A DNA stretch of 64,000 nucleotides from Paraspadella gotoi (Eukaryota; Animalia; Chaetognatha), in contig CM119264.1 in NCBI GenBank assembly GCA_051294375.1, positions 8,802,764 to 8,866,763 of the forward strand. The letters run 5' to 3'. A program made the position numbers and the translations under genes. Below, piece by piece: positions 38,824 to 53,039 of the stretch (position 1 is the stretch's first letter; each line of letters begins with the position of its first letter). The notes below the pieces were generated by a model. The model made no database searches, was not told the DNA's origin, and was given only the letters and a program-made list of their open reading frames with translations.

Positions 38824-39215
38824 CTTTGGGGGAGGAGAGGAGGGAGGCGAGGAGGGGCCACCACGTCAGGAGGGAGAGGGGGAGGCGGGCGAGGGAGAAG
38901 GAGGAGGAAGAGGAAGAGGAGGGGCCGGGCCAACTCCGAAGGGGCATCATATTCCGTTTACGTTTGTGAAATATGCAAGTCATGATCCTTTTAAGCGACG
39001 GTGAAGGTGAAAAGGAGAGAGCCGAGGAGGAGGAGGAGGAAGAAGAGGAGGAGGTGGAGGAGGACGACAGAGAGGGAGAGCAAGAGACGAAGATGATGAT
39101 GGACGTAGGTGAAGAATTTATAACCCTTTTTTCTTACTATCGTTTTTTCTTTCTTTCTCTCTTTCTTTCTTTCTTTTTTTCTTTCTTTCTCTCTTTCTCT
39201 CTTTCTTTCTTTCTC

Positions 39216-39299
<84 letters not shown>

Positions 39300-41009
39300 T
39301 TCCTCCTTCCTTCAAGCTGATCTTTTTCTCCCTTTACTTTCTCGTTACAATTTTTTTTCTCCTTTTTTTCCTTTTATTTTCTTCAAAAGAGGCAACACTC
39401 CCGGCTTTTAATCATAAATAACTAAAGAGATTTTGCCCGGAGTTTTTGAGCAGATGCGTTTTTATGACATCGCGTCGCAGAAGCGAAAGAAGAAAATAGG
39501 ATAGGAGATCCGAAGGGAAGGTTCTTCGCGGGAAAGGTGGTACGAGTACGGGGTGGTTTGAGTGAGAGAGTGGTCGAGTGGTCAAGTGGTCAGTAGACGA
39601 GATGATGAAATTGGAAGAGTGGTCGGGGTGCTCGATTTATGAGACGAAAGATGAATCGTTTGATCACGTGACAGGGTGAAGAGAGAAGAAGAGTGGTCAA
39701 AAAGAAATTGTGAGAGTGGTGGGTGGTGGGTGCCTCGGCAATGGTGGATGGAAGGATTACTGCGACGATCAGGTGGCCACGTATTTCGATGTCGATATAT
39801 ATTCGTATAAAAATAATATTTTGTTTTTGTGTTGTTTTTTTTTCGCGTAAAAAGCGAAAATGATAATCTTTTTTTTTATCCGTAGTTTTAGTTGATTTTT
39901 TATAATCCGGCGCAATAATTCTCGGCGAAAGAACTGAGACAAATCCAATAATCGGACGCGGTCATTGGCTCGTGCGCTTCCGGCGCTTCCGGCTCCAAAG
40001 AGATAGCAATTTGATATTCCTCGGTCAATGTCCTGCGGGAAAAAAGAATAAGTACAATGGGAGTTCGTCGAATGATATTAAAAAAAAGGACATAAACGTA
40101 AACTAAATTAAATATTCGGTTTTTTTGTTGTTTTTTTTATTAAATATCGAATGAATTATGCAACGAATTACGAATTTGACGTGAGTCGCTAAATTAATTT
40201 TGAGAAATTTAAAAATGATTCCAAGAGATAACGCGTTTAGTGTGGATTATAGGATTAAGGAATTAAACGCGAAGTGGTTTTTGCAATTCAAATTCTGTCT
40301 ATCGTTGATGTAAAATGCCTTGATAGGGCACGCTGTTCACTGTGAACCAGTGAATCTGAAATTCGAAATTACAGAGATACCGTTCTCTAGTCGGTCGATG
40401 AACCGAACAAAAGAATAAGCCGAAAGCGATGCCGAGAAAAAACTATCATCAGAGAGCAATACTTTGAACCCGAAAAAAAAGGTGAGAGCGATGCAGAAAA
40501 CCATAAAATAAGCCGATGCTGAGAACCAGTGAATAAGACGATGCCGATGCTGAGAACCGGAACATTAGCCGATGCCGAGAACCGCCGAGTCTTTCCCTTT
40601 TCCGGTTTTCACCTTCGGCCGAAAATTTCCGGCTCGAGATTCGCGTCTGCGATGGAGAGAAGCGCGATTAAATATTGAAGCCCTCATCATGGACTATCGA
40701 CCCTGATATATCCTCCTCGACGATAAGCGTCGAAAAAGATCTCTGCTTCGGTGAGTACACAACTTTAGAGTTCTTTCTTTTTCTTTTTCTTTTTTTTTGC
40801 AACTCTAACAGTCACGGGAATTCGCGTGAATAAGTTGTACGCTATTTCCTTTTTTTTTTAACTACATAATTTTTACAAAATTGAATCAAAACTCATTGCT
40901 ACAATCAAACTGCTTCAAAAGAACGTACCTATTACTTTGGTTAAAGGCTATACGGCCGTTTTGAACAAGAAATAAAAGTTGGTGAGCCAAAACGTGGTAT
41001 TTAGTAAAA

Positions 41010-41115
41010 TATTATGAAACCAATATAAAATTATCCATTCATCTTATAAATTAACTTGCCCATGACTTTGGACGGCCTACGGTTGTTTTTGGCCTCAGTA
41101 ACTCTTACAAGATAT
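41010..41115 (+). repeat. Diverged partial copy of the dispersed repeat family
   Basis: ttatgaaaccaatataaaattatccattcat..cttgcccatgactttggacgg..ggcctcagtaactcttacaagat resembles 56001-56112. Confidence 0.7.
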
Positions 41116-41317
41116 GTTGAAGTGAGCCCAGAGAGAATGGGAGAGAATGTCCTCGGTTTCCTGAACTTGGGATCAGGAGGTAAGCTTGCTACCGGTGGTT
41201 TAACCAGACCGTCACTCCGGGATCATTGGCTTCGCTGATGGAAGCAACGGTCGTATTCAACGGGTAGTGATATTTATTGTAACACTTAATGACTTAAATT
41301 CAGTGACAGTAAATTGA

Positions 41318-41530
41318 TTTTAGGAAGTAAAAAAAATTAAATAAACTAAAGAAAAGCTTGACTACAGATAATTTTTTTTAAGAAGTGAAAAAATTAAATA
41401 AACTAAAGAAAAGCTTGACTACAGATAATTGATTTTAAGAAGTAAAAAAATTAAATAAACTAAAGAAAAGCTTGACTACATATAATTTATTTTAAAAAGT
41501 AAAAAAAATTAAATAAATTAAAGAAAAAAA
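41318..41530 (+). repeat. ~57-bp tandem repeat, ~3.7 copies
   Basis: Unit ttttaagaagtaaaaaaattaaataaactaaagaaaagcttgactacagataatt. Confidence 0.9.
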
Positions 41531-44338
41531 ACTTTTGACCTTTAAATTTTTTCTTGGCGGAGTTCTGCTGAAAGATAATACTAGACGAAGAGAGAAAGAG
41601 ATCATTAACGCCGCAATGATTGGCTGATGATTCGTTGATGATTGACTAAAGAGCGAGTTGAGGGGGCGGAGAAGCAAACGCGCTTTGCCTTTGAGGAGAC
41701 AGCGTTAATTGAAAACGTGGACCATTAGGCCTAAGATGCGGCGACGAGTGAGAAACTATAAATAGACTTTTAAGCGCAACCGCAGGGAAAAAAAAAACTG
41801 AAATACTGACATTATTTGCCGTGAAACTTTATTTTTACGGAAAAATTTAAAACGGAAATCGTCACAAGTTAAGCTGTGAAGAAGCTAATGATTTATGTGA
41901 AACGTGGTTATACTTTTTTTTTTCAGTTTTTATCGCTTTATTCAATTCCTGTCCTTATACCGACTGACCGACCGTAAAGTCCTTTTTCATTCTCCGCCTC
42001 TAAAAAAAAATGATGTCGCGTTTCGATTCGAAAAATTCACGAGACTTTGAAATCGACCATCCGTCTCTCGAGACTCTGAATTTTCATCGCGAATGAAATG
42101 GAAATGGATTCTCGCTCCATCGATTCCCTTTTTTTTTCTGCCTCTTTTTCGAGTCATAAAAGCTTCAGTCGCAACCGCGAGATGGCGAGATGGCGAGAGA
42201 GAACATTTTTTTAGCGTTGAATTTGTTTAGTTGAGGATTCAGTCTTTGGCAAGTTATTTCAAATCTAAAGCCTTATGAGTTTTATATTTAAATGGAAATT
42301 CCACTTTTTAAATACACTTTTAAAAAATTTTTTCTCAAAAACGATTTTGTAGAAAATAGTATTTTCTACTTTTTAAGAGAGACATTTCGTTCAAGGATTT
42401 TGTAAGTTTTACTTCCCTGACGACGAAGACGACGACGAAGAAATTTTTTCCTAAGATAGGAACAGGCACAAAAACTTTGTATTTTTAAACGTCAATTGAT
42501 CATTGATTGCCATTTCGATTGGTAATTTTTAGAGTACGAGGCAAGCAATGAACGCTGACTATACATCAGTTTCTGCTCTTCTTTTCTGAGCCACATTTTT
42601 GAACGAAAACCTTTAACAATTGCAAAGGTTTAAAGTTTAAGGCTGCCTCTCCTTTTGGTCTATGTCTCTATCTATCTAAAATTTTATTCTGACAAACTTT
42701 TCCTTTTAACTCTGATTTTTATCTTTTATCTTTTATCTTTTATCTTTTTTTTTTTTTTTATCTCGGAAACTATTGTAGGAATTTAAAAACGTTTTTTTAC
42801 AAGTGAATATTGACATCATCCTCCAGGGATTGGCATAAAAATATATATATTAAAAAAATTAAAATTACCTCTGATATGAGGTATGAACTAAGAGATTCGA
42901 TGACTTTTAAAAAAATGTCAGTTAAAAATCGTGGATCGGCAAAAAAAACGCGCTCGAAAAAAATGGGGGATTAAAAACCGTAATTAAAGGTGGCGCGATG
43001 AAAAGAGCGAAATAAAAAAAGTCGATGCCGTTGGTTTAATTATTCTTTCGGTCGAGGAGATTATTGAAACTCATTTTCAAAGCCTCGTTGAAAAAAAATA
43101 AATAAATAAATAAAATAAAATCCAGCTATGTTTTTTCCGGATTTTTATTTTATTTTTTTAAATTTGGAATAATCGTTTTGTTTTTTATTCGTCGTCTTTG
43201 GTTTAGTTTGAATTTTTTTATATTTTTTTCTGTTTGTCGTTGCGCTCCTGATTAAGACCATGTACTCTGCAGATTATTTCGAATTAATTTAATTATATCT
43301 TTGTTTATTATTTATTGTATACTACGATAAAGATCGGTATCACAGATAGTCCTTTTTAAGCAATAGTATTGATAAAGTCTTATCCAAGACATCACGAAAT
43401 TTCCTTGGGTGGTCAATAAGAGTATGAACGGAACTTAAACAGATTCCCAAAACGAAAAAATAATACGAAGAAACACCAAACATCTAAGCCAAAAGTCTTT
43501 GACCTGCATCTCGAATCTCTTCTCCGAAAACCTTCATCCGTTTCACTCCACGTCTCATCAAAGATTAAACCGCGGAGCTGCGGCCGCCGCGTACCTTGCC
43601 ACTGCCGCTGCGTCCGGTGCTGCCGCCGCCGACGCCGCCGACGCCGCCGTCGAGTTGACTTTTATCACCGGCCAGCGTCGTTGCTGGAACCGCCCTCGGC
43701 TTCTTGCTCCCGTTGTCTATAAATATATATTTTTTTGGTTTCCTCCTCTTTTTTTCTTTTTCTCTTTTTCTCTTTTTTCTTTTCTTTTTTGTTTGTATTT
43801 TCTATTGTCTTTTTCTTTTCACTCGTAACGTCTGATTGCAAGAAGAGCAGATAAAAAAAAATGTTTTTTTTTCCTTAATGCTGACCGAATTTGTCAATTT
43901 ATTCTCATCTTTGCGATTAGACTTTTTTTGTTTAATATAATTTTCTGAATCATTATAAAACTTAATTATTTTTAATTTTTATTTTATAGGTTTAATCACT
44001 ACTAGTTTCTCTTTACTTTCTTTCCTCTGTTCAAGGAAAAGCGCATTTCGTTTGTAATTTTTTTCCCAACACCAACTCCATGTATCCCATTTCCGCTCCT
44101 TACGAACGATTCCATCTCTCAACCTTCCAAGAGCAACAGGTGCAACAGGTGCAACAGGTGCAACAACCACTTTTCTCTCCCTCGACGTCTTTTATCTGCG
44201 TCGCGTTCGTCGATTTGCATCTCAACGCGGAAGCGAAAACTGCTGACTCGGGGAAGAAACTTCGTGACAGAGCGCGTGAAAGAGTGAGACAGAGACAGAA
44301 AGAGAGACGGTGACAGTGACGGGAGAGAGAGATGAGAG

Positions 44339-44403
<65 letters not shown>

Positions 44404-44909
44404 GCTAGAGAGAGAGAGAGAGAGAGAGAGAGCCTCATATAAATTTAGGATGATTTACGTAATGCTGGTCGGGTCGTAGTGAATCTTCCTTTTCAAGATA
44501 TTTCCTCACTTTTTACGATCCCCATTATTTTTATCGCGATGTCCCCCCCCCCCCGACTTCTTTTTCTCCGATTGGTCAGCGTCCGATGTCGACGGCGGCC
44601 GCAAGAGTATTTTGCTGATTCGATGTTGCTTGTTTCTCCATCTTTGCGCAATGCAACTTTTTGGGGTTTTTTTTCGCGGATTCCTTCTTTCGGTTTTCTT
44701 TATTTCCTATTTTTTTCTTACTGGTTTCCGCTTCCGTGTTTTTGTTCGTTTTTTTCTTGCTTTGCTATTTTCATTTCTACCATTAATGTAAACTTCATTT
44801 GAATATTTTCTCATATGTTTCCCTCTGTGATTATTTTTTTTTCTTTCTTATTTCTTTATTTTTAGTTTTATCGACATCGCGGAGTTTTTCTTCTTCTCGT
44901 AATTATTTT

Positions 44910-44945
<36 letters not shown>

Positions 44946-45019
44946 TTTTCTTTCTTTCTTTCTTTTCTTTCTTTCTTTCTTTTCTTTCTTTCTTCCTTTC
45001 TTTTCTTTTCTGTCTTTCT

Positions 45020-45055
<36 letters not shown>

Positions 45056-45683
45056 TTTTTTTCCCTTTATAAAGTGTTTTTCAAACTTTCCTCTGCTTTT
45101 ATCGATAACCCATTCTTTGTTATTTTTAAAAATGTATTTCTCTTTTTCTGATCTCCCTCACCTCCAATGTTTTCTGCTCGTCTTTCATGCTTATCATTTT
45201 TAGTTTGATTAATCTTTTTACCTTTAGTCAATATTTTTTCCCGTTTTAACTTTTCGATCGATATCTCAGTAAAAGTTTTCTTTCTTCTCTTTCATTCATC
45301 GAACTCATATTTCAATCATACATACGATTTGTGTCTTTTTTCTATTATTCATATTCAACTTTCATTTTCAACTGTATTCAAATTTTAATATCTATGCACG
45401 ATTCTTAAGTTCTCACTTTCTATTTTCCATTTCTTTTTTTCTTTATTATATCCTTCCAGCCTTTCTCCTGACTTTCTCCTACGCATTATCAATATTCTTT
45501 ACAACCTTTCTCTTCTCATACTTTTCTTCCTTTCCTCCTTTCTTCCCTCCTTTCTTCCCTCCCTCATCTTCATTCAAGTCACTCGGTTTTTACAACCTGC
45601 GCCTAGGGTCCCTTTTAATCCACTCAAAATGCATCATCGTGCGGGGAAAGAGGGCGTGGGAGGGGACAGGAGAGGGTGACCGC

Positions 45684-45767
<84 letters not shown>

Positions 45768-46181
45768 GACATTGGATTCGTCATTGGTTTCTCCTCCGTC
45801 GAATCGACGAGGGACACTTTCCCCTTATATTTTATTCTTTCCCTCGTTTCCGCGATTCTTTCTAACTTTTTTTAATCTCGTTACGAAATAAGTTGTTAAA
45901 ACCACATTTAAAGTAGATTATAACGATAAAATATGTTTATTAAAAACGTCCAGAAAACAGAAAACTAAAATATGTACATTTAAAATTAGTTTATTTTCCG
46001 TTTATTTTTCGTTGGTTTTAAATTTCTTTTTCTTCTTTTCTTCTCATTAGTTTTTTTTTTTTTTTTTTAAATCATTTCTATTGTTTCCTTCTTTCTTTTC
46101 TGTTTTTTTTTCCGCCTTCGTTCTTTTAATTCTTCCTTTTCTTTCCATCTCCTTCCTTCTTCCGCCCACTCTCCTTCCAAG

Positions 46182-46393
46182 TCAGTGAGGCGAATCAAAC
46201 CTCAAACGGTCGAGTGACATCCCGCCAAGTGACATGGTCGGGTCCCTCCGCTGACCCCGTGACCTCCTTTCCGGGCGGAGGAGGTTCCTCCAAAGAGTTT
46301 GGGGAAGAGAAAGCGAGGATCTTCGGGGATAAGACAGCGTTTGTCCCGCCGCTACAACTGTCGACATTGTTAAATAGTAGGAATGATTTGTAG
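46182..46393 (+). CDS. Candidate coding exon of an unrelated + strand gene (SEANQTSNGRVTSRQVTWSGP...AFVPPLQLSTLLN)
   Basis: Long polypyrimidine tract ending ccttccaag|, then ~70 open codons of complex sequence. It ends at a possible donor (GTAGGA, 46377) or the stop at 46391-46393. No family recognised. Confidence 0.35.
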
Positions 46394-46597
46394 CGGATGG
46401 GCGGATGGATGGATAAATGGGATGATGAATGGATGGCTGGATTGATTGATTGATTGACGGTTGGATGGAAGGATTCATGGATGTATTCGTGAATAGATGT
46501 ATGGATAGAGGGACGGAGGGATAAAAAAAAATATTAGAAAGATTTTTGGGATACATAGATGCTTTCACGAATGTTTTTCATCGTTTTATCACTTCAA

Positions 46598-46701
<104 letters not shown>

Positions 46702-47001
46702 ATCCTTTAAAATAATCCATCCATTCTTGCTAAAAATACATTTCCCTTCCCTCACTACGACTCCGACCAAAAAATTCCTCGATGGCGCGACGAGAAAAAA
46801 AATAAAGAAAAAAAAAGAGGAAAAAAATAAAAGAACAATGAAGGGAAGGGAAAAGACAAAACGAGACCTCGAGAAAAAAAGGATTAAAGGTTTGAAGGGG
46901 AGAAAAAAAAGAAGAAGAAAAAAAGAAATCCGCCTTCTTTTGTCTAAACGAAGGATGAAAACGCCGCGACCCTCTCGGAAAACCCGGGAAAATCAAAAGA
47001 G

Positions 47002-47077
<76 letters not shown>

Positions 47078-49330
47078 CAAGGCCTATTAGAATAGTTTTG
47101 GATAGGCAAAAACAGAACTCCAAGTTTTTTGTTTTTTTTTTTTTTTTGTTTTTTTTTCTTCAACAAAGTTAGGCACAAAGATAACATATGGTGATAATTT
47201 TAAAAACAAATATCCGTATTCGTTTGGAGGAAAAACATAAATAGAATCAATGCAAAGGTGGGGAAAGAAAAAGGAAAACAATTTGAGAATAAAGAAAGAA
47301 AAGAGAAAGAAAAGAGAAAGAAAAGGAGGAAAGATGGAAGGGGAGAGACCGAAGGGAAAAAGAAAAGTGAATAAGGAGGAAAATTTGAAGCGGAAGGAAT
47401 TCTTGGAATTCCGAAAGACGTGCGCGGGACTCCCTCTGTCGCGAGGAGGAGAGAAGAGGAGGAAAAGAAATTTTGGAAATGGAGAACTAAGAAAAGAAAA
47501 TGATAAAATAAAGAATTTATAAGTGGAAAGGAAGAGAAAGGTAAAGAAAAAGAAAAGGAAAGGGAAGGAAAGAACGGAAAGGAGAGGAAAGAAACGAAAA
47601 AAAAGAGAGGAAGGAAGAAAAAGTAAAGGAAATGAAAGGAAAGGAAAGGAAAGGAATGGAAAGGAAAGGAAAGGAAAGGAAAGGAAAGGAAAAAAAGGAA
47701 GGTTAACATCTCAGAGAAACAATAAAAAATTTAGAAATGGACGAAATCTAAGATGAAATCGACAAGATAAAAAAAAACTATAATCTTGGAAAATCTGTTG
47801 CTCTTCGATGACAGCGAAACGAAACTTCGCAAGCGAAATCGCCGGGAGGTGTCGCTAGCAATGGGAGAGAAAATGGGGAAAGGAAAAAAAGAGAACAACG
47901 GGAAATGAGGAAAAGATGGAATGAATGGAAACTCCTAAAAGGGGCAGGGGAGGAGAATGAATTCCATCCTCGGGGGAGAAGGAAATACAATTATGTGGCG
48001 AGGGATGAAAAATAAACCCAACCTCGTGACTTAAAGAAAAGTTCGAGATGGAAAATAAAAGATAAAAAATGAAAAAAAAGGTACTGGTAGAAGAAAAAAG
48101 AGGATCGGGTTCTTTTTTTTTTTCATGAGACAAAAGATCCGCCGGTTTTAAAACCGGATAAACTCGGGGAAAACTGGGAGGAATTATGAAAGCGGGAGAA
48201 GATTTCCCGCCAGGAGAGTCTTTGAGCCGACAGAAATTTTACCGCCAGACTTGAGAGAAAATTGGAAAAGAGGGGAAAGTTTACGCGGGAGAGAAAATTG
48301 ACTGAAGGAAAAAAAATATTTAAGAAATCCAAATGGGAATCGAGTCCGTAAACATTATTAGAGACGTAGGCGAAGTATGCTCGCAACCGCGTAACTTACT
48401 TTCCTGTGAAATTGGCCAACGCGTTGATAACAAGGAATATTTGTTATTTTCTCTTCTTGTCGCCAGATTTGCGGTGAATTGGAATCGAAATTCTTTCAAG
48501 CAGCAGAATTAAAATTGGATAAGATTCTCCTTATCTTGGTCGTCGTCGTCGTCGTCGTCTTCGTCTTCGTCGTTCGAGTTGGTTTGTTTGCGTTCGGTCG
48601 CCTCATCCATCACTCTGGGTCAGCGCCCCCCCTCCCTTCCCCTCCCACACACCCCACCCCATTCTCACCTCCATCACCCGCAGAGTTTAGAAGGAAAGTC
48701 AGAGTGGTAGTGAAAGCTCTAGTGGGGGCGCCAGCTTCGCCCCCCCCCTCGGTCCTCCCCTCCCTGGAAGAAAAAGGCCTTTCAAGAGGAGGAGGAGAAA
48801 GTTTATACTCGCGACAGTGTCCGATAAAATTTGGAGCAGCCGAGGACAGGAATATTTTTAGTCCGCTTGCCTTACATTTTTTTTTATTCTTTAATTGGGT
48901 CTGATATTGGTTGTACAGATTTCAAAATAGTCTGTTTCTCGTATTTGGATGCTTTAACTTCTGATCATCAATTATGTAATATTAATCAAACAATACTCTA
49001 AAATAAATCTATATGATTTAAATAATATTGAAAAACCCACGACCAGAAAATTTTCAGTCGAATTGCTGTATCGAATTTCGACGCTGAACCCGAAGAAGAC
49101 AAACAAACAAACAATCGAGAAACAGTGGAAAAAAAATGCAAAGAAAAGACGAAAAGAAAATATTGAAAAATATGAAATGGAAAAAAAAGAGACGAGACCA
49201 AAGACTTTTTTTTTTATTTTTTCATTTCTCTGTCCTCAAGGGTTTTTTCCACCAACAATTTTTTTGTGAGAAGATCGGAGGGAGGAGTTCCGCACCCTCA
49301 TCTCTCTCTCTCTCTCCTTCTCCTCTCTCA

Positions 49331-49440
<110 letters not shown>

Positions 49441-50657
49441 CTCTCTTATCCGTTTCCCTGGCGTTGTACAATGTACATACAATTGCAAGTGTATCAGTTA
49501 TAATTTTAGTTCAAAATAACGATATCTAATTCTGAGCATAGAAAACAAAATGGTTACGTTTGTATTCAAATTTAACGTTTTTTCTTGTTTTCTATAATTT
49601 TTTTTCCGCATCGCTTCTTCCAATTTCAGTCTTTTTATTTCCCTCTATTTATTTTTCTTTTTTATTTCTATTTTTCATTCCTTATTTTCTTTTCGAAATT
49701 TTTAAAGAAACCAGGAAAGCAGTTTTATCAGGAAAAAAACAATAAACTGAAGACATAGTAGCGAAGGTATATATTACATAAAAATCAAATAATAATATAT
49801 GTTCAAGAAAATGTAGGTATAAATAAAAGTCACTCTTCATGGTGACAATTTGACAAGCGCCGGTAGAAATACGCTTTCATTTGCAAACCAGTGGTTATTT
49901 CATTGATTTTAAAAGTTAGTTGAGCAGAAAATACTAAAACTATTTGTGTGTTAAAATTTTATATTGATCAGTTAAGATATGCCTTGACAATGAGTGGAGA
50001 AAGTTGGCTTTTAAAATCGGGTTTCATTTTCCAACTCACTGTTTTTAAATTCAATTTTTTTTAACTTTTAGCACTTTTTTAAACAAAGTATTTATTAAAA
50101 TATTAACAATATTAATATCCTCAGAAAGCCCTTAAAAATATGAAGAAACAAAAAAAAATAAGCTGCCCAGCATTGGTTAAATTAAGAGTGTCAAAAGTAA
50201 ATTTTTTAAAATTTTAAATCTTTTTTCAAAATATATGACCTGTTTAAATTATTATAACATAAAATATCATTATTTATATAAGTATCATGAAAGAGCCTGA
50301 GAAAAAAGGATTTTAGATAGCCAATCACAATTTGATAAAAATTATAAATTTACTCTCCGGCTATTGATTTTTAAAAAGATGTCTCGTTTTTGAGTATCAT
50401 AATTATATTATAGCTGGGCCAGTTAAATTTTATACTACAGTATTCGTAAGTACGTCATTCTTGAAAGTAAAAGAAAAAAATTAAATCTAAAAGCATCAAT
50501 AAAAGAGCTCAACTTATTGATATACTGAAATGCATGATCATTATTTGTATAGAGCCGATTGGACAAAAGAGAGAAAAAAAAGGAAAGAGAGATAGAAAGA
50601 TTGAGAGAGATAGAGAGAGAGAGAGATAGAGAGAGAGATATATATATAGAGAGAGAA

Positions 50658-50776
<119 letters not shown>

Positions 50777-51820
50777 TAGAAAGAAAGAGAGAAGTGAAAC
50801 AAGATTTCAACCTGGCCCAAACGCGGTCAACTCAGAGGCTAAGAGTGACAAGGTGAGGTTTTCTGGGTCGGATTTGGTTTTGTTTAGACGAGCGGCAGCG
50901 TTGGCGGCGATGCCATATCAAAGAAAGATAAGTTCAGGTTGATACTGGAAAAGGTGATGAGCCGGTGAAAGCCTCTGGCCGTGGCTGTTTGTGGGTTACC
51001 TTGGAAAGCTGAGAGGGGGTAGTGGGTAAAGGTGGTCCTATATGGTTGGGGGTGGTGGACTGTGGGTGGCTCGGGTGAGGGAGGAGGAAGGCGCGCTCTT
51101 TTTCCCATTGCGACCAAATGCATTCCCGCAATCTCTCCACGTTCGCCCGCAATTCCCCTTCAAATATGCGGGATCGCGACCTCGGCCGGTGGAGGAGGGG
51201 TCGAGGAGGAAGAGGAGGAGGAGGGAGGAGAAATGGAGGAGGAGAAGAAAAAATAGAGGAAGGAAGTAAAAGTCGATCTGTTAGACATAAGGAAGAAAAG
51301 GAAAAACGATTGAAAGCAACGAAAGACATTTAATATAAGTTCTATGTCGCTAAGAGAATTAGATTTAGAATGAAAACAGAAAATAAATTATTAACATATA
51401 GGACAAATACAGTATGCACTATGCAGTAATATAGTATTATAGTAACATCAGTATTTAAGTGCTAGAAGGATAAAAAAGCATAGTATAGAGAGTACAAGTA
51501 GCAATTTGCAAAGAGATTGAGCGAAGCAGAAGAGAAAGGAAATAGGGCAAAACGAAAAAGGGGGGGGGGAAATCCAGGGGTCAGAGGTGGGCTACCTCCT
51601 TAGGGCCGCCTTCGTTGGGCCGCCTCCTCTTGGCCCGCCCCCTCTGGGCCCGCCCCCTCTTGGCCACCCTCTTTGGTCGGCGCTAATCCGCGGAGTTCCT
51701 CGCCCGACTCCTTTACGATTATTCGCTCGGCATCTAATCCGATCACTGCGCCTTTTCGGCTAATGGGTGGCAACAACGCTTGGGTGTGGTAAACCTGGTT
51801 TTTAAACCTCTTTCTCGACT

Positions 51821-51925
<105 letters not shown>

Positions 51926-53039
51926 TTCTCTTTATCTCTCTCTTTCTCTCTCTCTTGCTCTTGCCCTCTACTTTTTTTACGCTAATAAAGGTGACAAGTG
52001 TCATATTTCTTTTATATCGATTTCAATTCGTCAACGAGTCGCACGAAAATAAACGCTAATTTAAAAAAAAAGCAGTAAAAAACGTTTGAGAGAATATATA
52101 AAATTTTAAAAAGTGTTTTTTTAATACGTAATAGAGACGAAAAAGAGTCAAAAACTACCAGATGAAAACAAGAAATTTAGGCAGAAAAAGAATCTTAAGA
52201 AATTTAAAGAAAAAGGTTTCTTTACAAAAAAAAAAANNNNNNNNNNNNNNNNNNNNNNNNNNNNNNNNNNNNNNNNNNNNNNNNNNNNNNNNNNNNNNNN
52301 NNNNNNNNNNNNNNNNNNNNNNNNNNNNNNNNNNNNNNNNNNNNNNNNNNNNNNNNNNNNNNNNNNNNNNNNNNNNNNNNNNNNNNNNNNNNNNNNNNNN
52401 NNNNNNNNNNNNNNNNNNNNNNNNNNNNNNNNNNNNNNNNNNNNNNNNNNNNNNNNNNNNNNNNNNNNNNNNNNNNNNNNNNNNAAAAAAAAAAATCCTT
52501 AATGGTCGCAAAGGAGAAGAGATCGAAGGAGGAAAAGAATTAAAGTAATGGGCAGAGGCCATCCCGAGCGTAATCAGCTCCACCCACTCCTCCTTTCCCA
52601 CCCTCATCTCAAGCGGCGACCCTCCGCCCCCTCGCACCTAAATCGCCATACGCTCTACCAGCTTGTCGCTCCGGTGGACGTGTATTTGGCAAGTCACGAG
52701 AATTTTCTGAAGTTTCCTGCAGCGGCGACGACGCGTGGCCCCAATGTAGTATAACTGGTGTATAACTACTGTGGTCGAGCGACTTCGTGTTTTTAGTCCA
52801 TATTCACTTTTACGGTTATATTTTTTTATTGGTTACGATTCTCGTTTTGTTTTGTCATTCCATCGGTTGTGAACAGAGTTTATTGTACAATTGAACATTC
52901 TTTAAAACTTAAATCTAAAGAGAGCAAAATTTTAACTCGCATTTAAGCGCACTTTATCCACCCTTTGTTGCTTTTATTCTCCTCTGATTATTTCTTTTTT
53001 CACCACGTCATCTCCCATTATTAAAAAACCCTGATTCAT

